A stretch of DNA of 63,378 bases, filler included, from Choristocarpus tenellus KU-1152 (lineage: Eukaryota; Protista; Phaeophyceae), in NCBI GenBank assembly GCA_964200185.2. It is 7 parts of 7 records of this genome, joined end to end, with 100 filler letters (N's around TTAATTAATTAA, not from the genome) between each part and the next. Parts side by side here need not be neighbours in the genome. Positions count along the whole stretch, not along the records: positions 59,311 to 63,378 come from CAXNAD020016391.1; 6 more parts are not named here. One strand, written 5' to 3'. The position numbers were made by a program, and so were the translations under genes. This document shows positions 63,264 to 63,378 of the stretch, in pieces (the first letter of the stretch is position 1; every line of letters starts with the position of its first letter). The notes beneath the pieces were generated by a model, which was not told the DNA's origin, searched no databases, and saw nothing but the letters and a program-made list of their open reading frames with translations.

Positions 63264-63378
63264 CTGAGGAGGAGGTTGGAGAAGAAATATTGAGGGGGAG
63301 GGGAAGGGTTCGGGAAATGTATCAGGTGAGCTGCAGTGTATGAAAAGAAGTAGAGGGGGGGGGGGGAGAAACCTACAG

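Overview
This is eukaryotic, intron-rich, repeat-laden genomic DNA, most likely from a brown alga or close stramenopile relative (an inference from gene content and intron style). The window is not continuous: it is seven contigs joined by six artificial 100-bp N44-TTAATTAATTAA-N44 linkers, so neighbourhoods across linkers are not biological. Manual splice reconstruction gives five host genes. (1) A spliced, minus-strand DNMT3-like C5-cytosine methyltransferase with atypical catalytic motifs and an N-terminal Tudor-like/Cys-rich region (about 1.9-4.8 kb, 3' end unresolved). (2) An apparently complete 7-exon secreted protein with two tandem beta-sandwich (F5/8-C / CBM32-like) repeats (12794-16090). 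(3) The 5' part of an SPX-domain membrane protein (18053-25289). (4) The 5' part of CEP135/BLD10, head-to-head with (5) domains I-II of a voltage-gated Ca2+ channel alpha subunit (29084-41896). The rest is mobile-element debris: three plant-type mariner transposase relics, two related MITE families with 3-bp target duplications (one nested in the other), hAT, Copia and tyrosine-recombinase remnants, minisatellites, and a contig of decayed, apparently intronless ORFs that may be viral. The most notable item is the unusual DNMT3-like methyltransferase.
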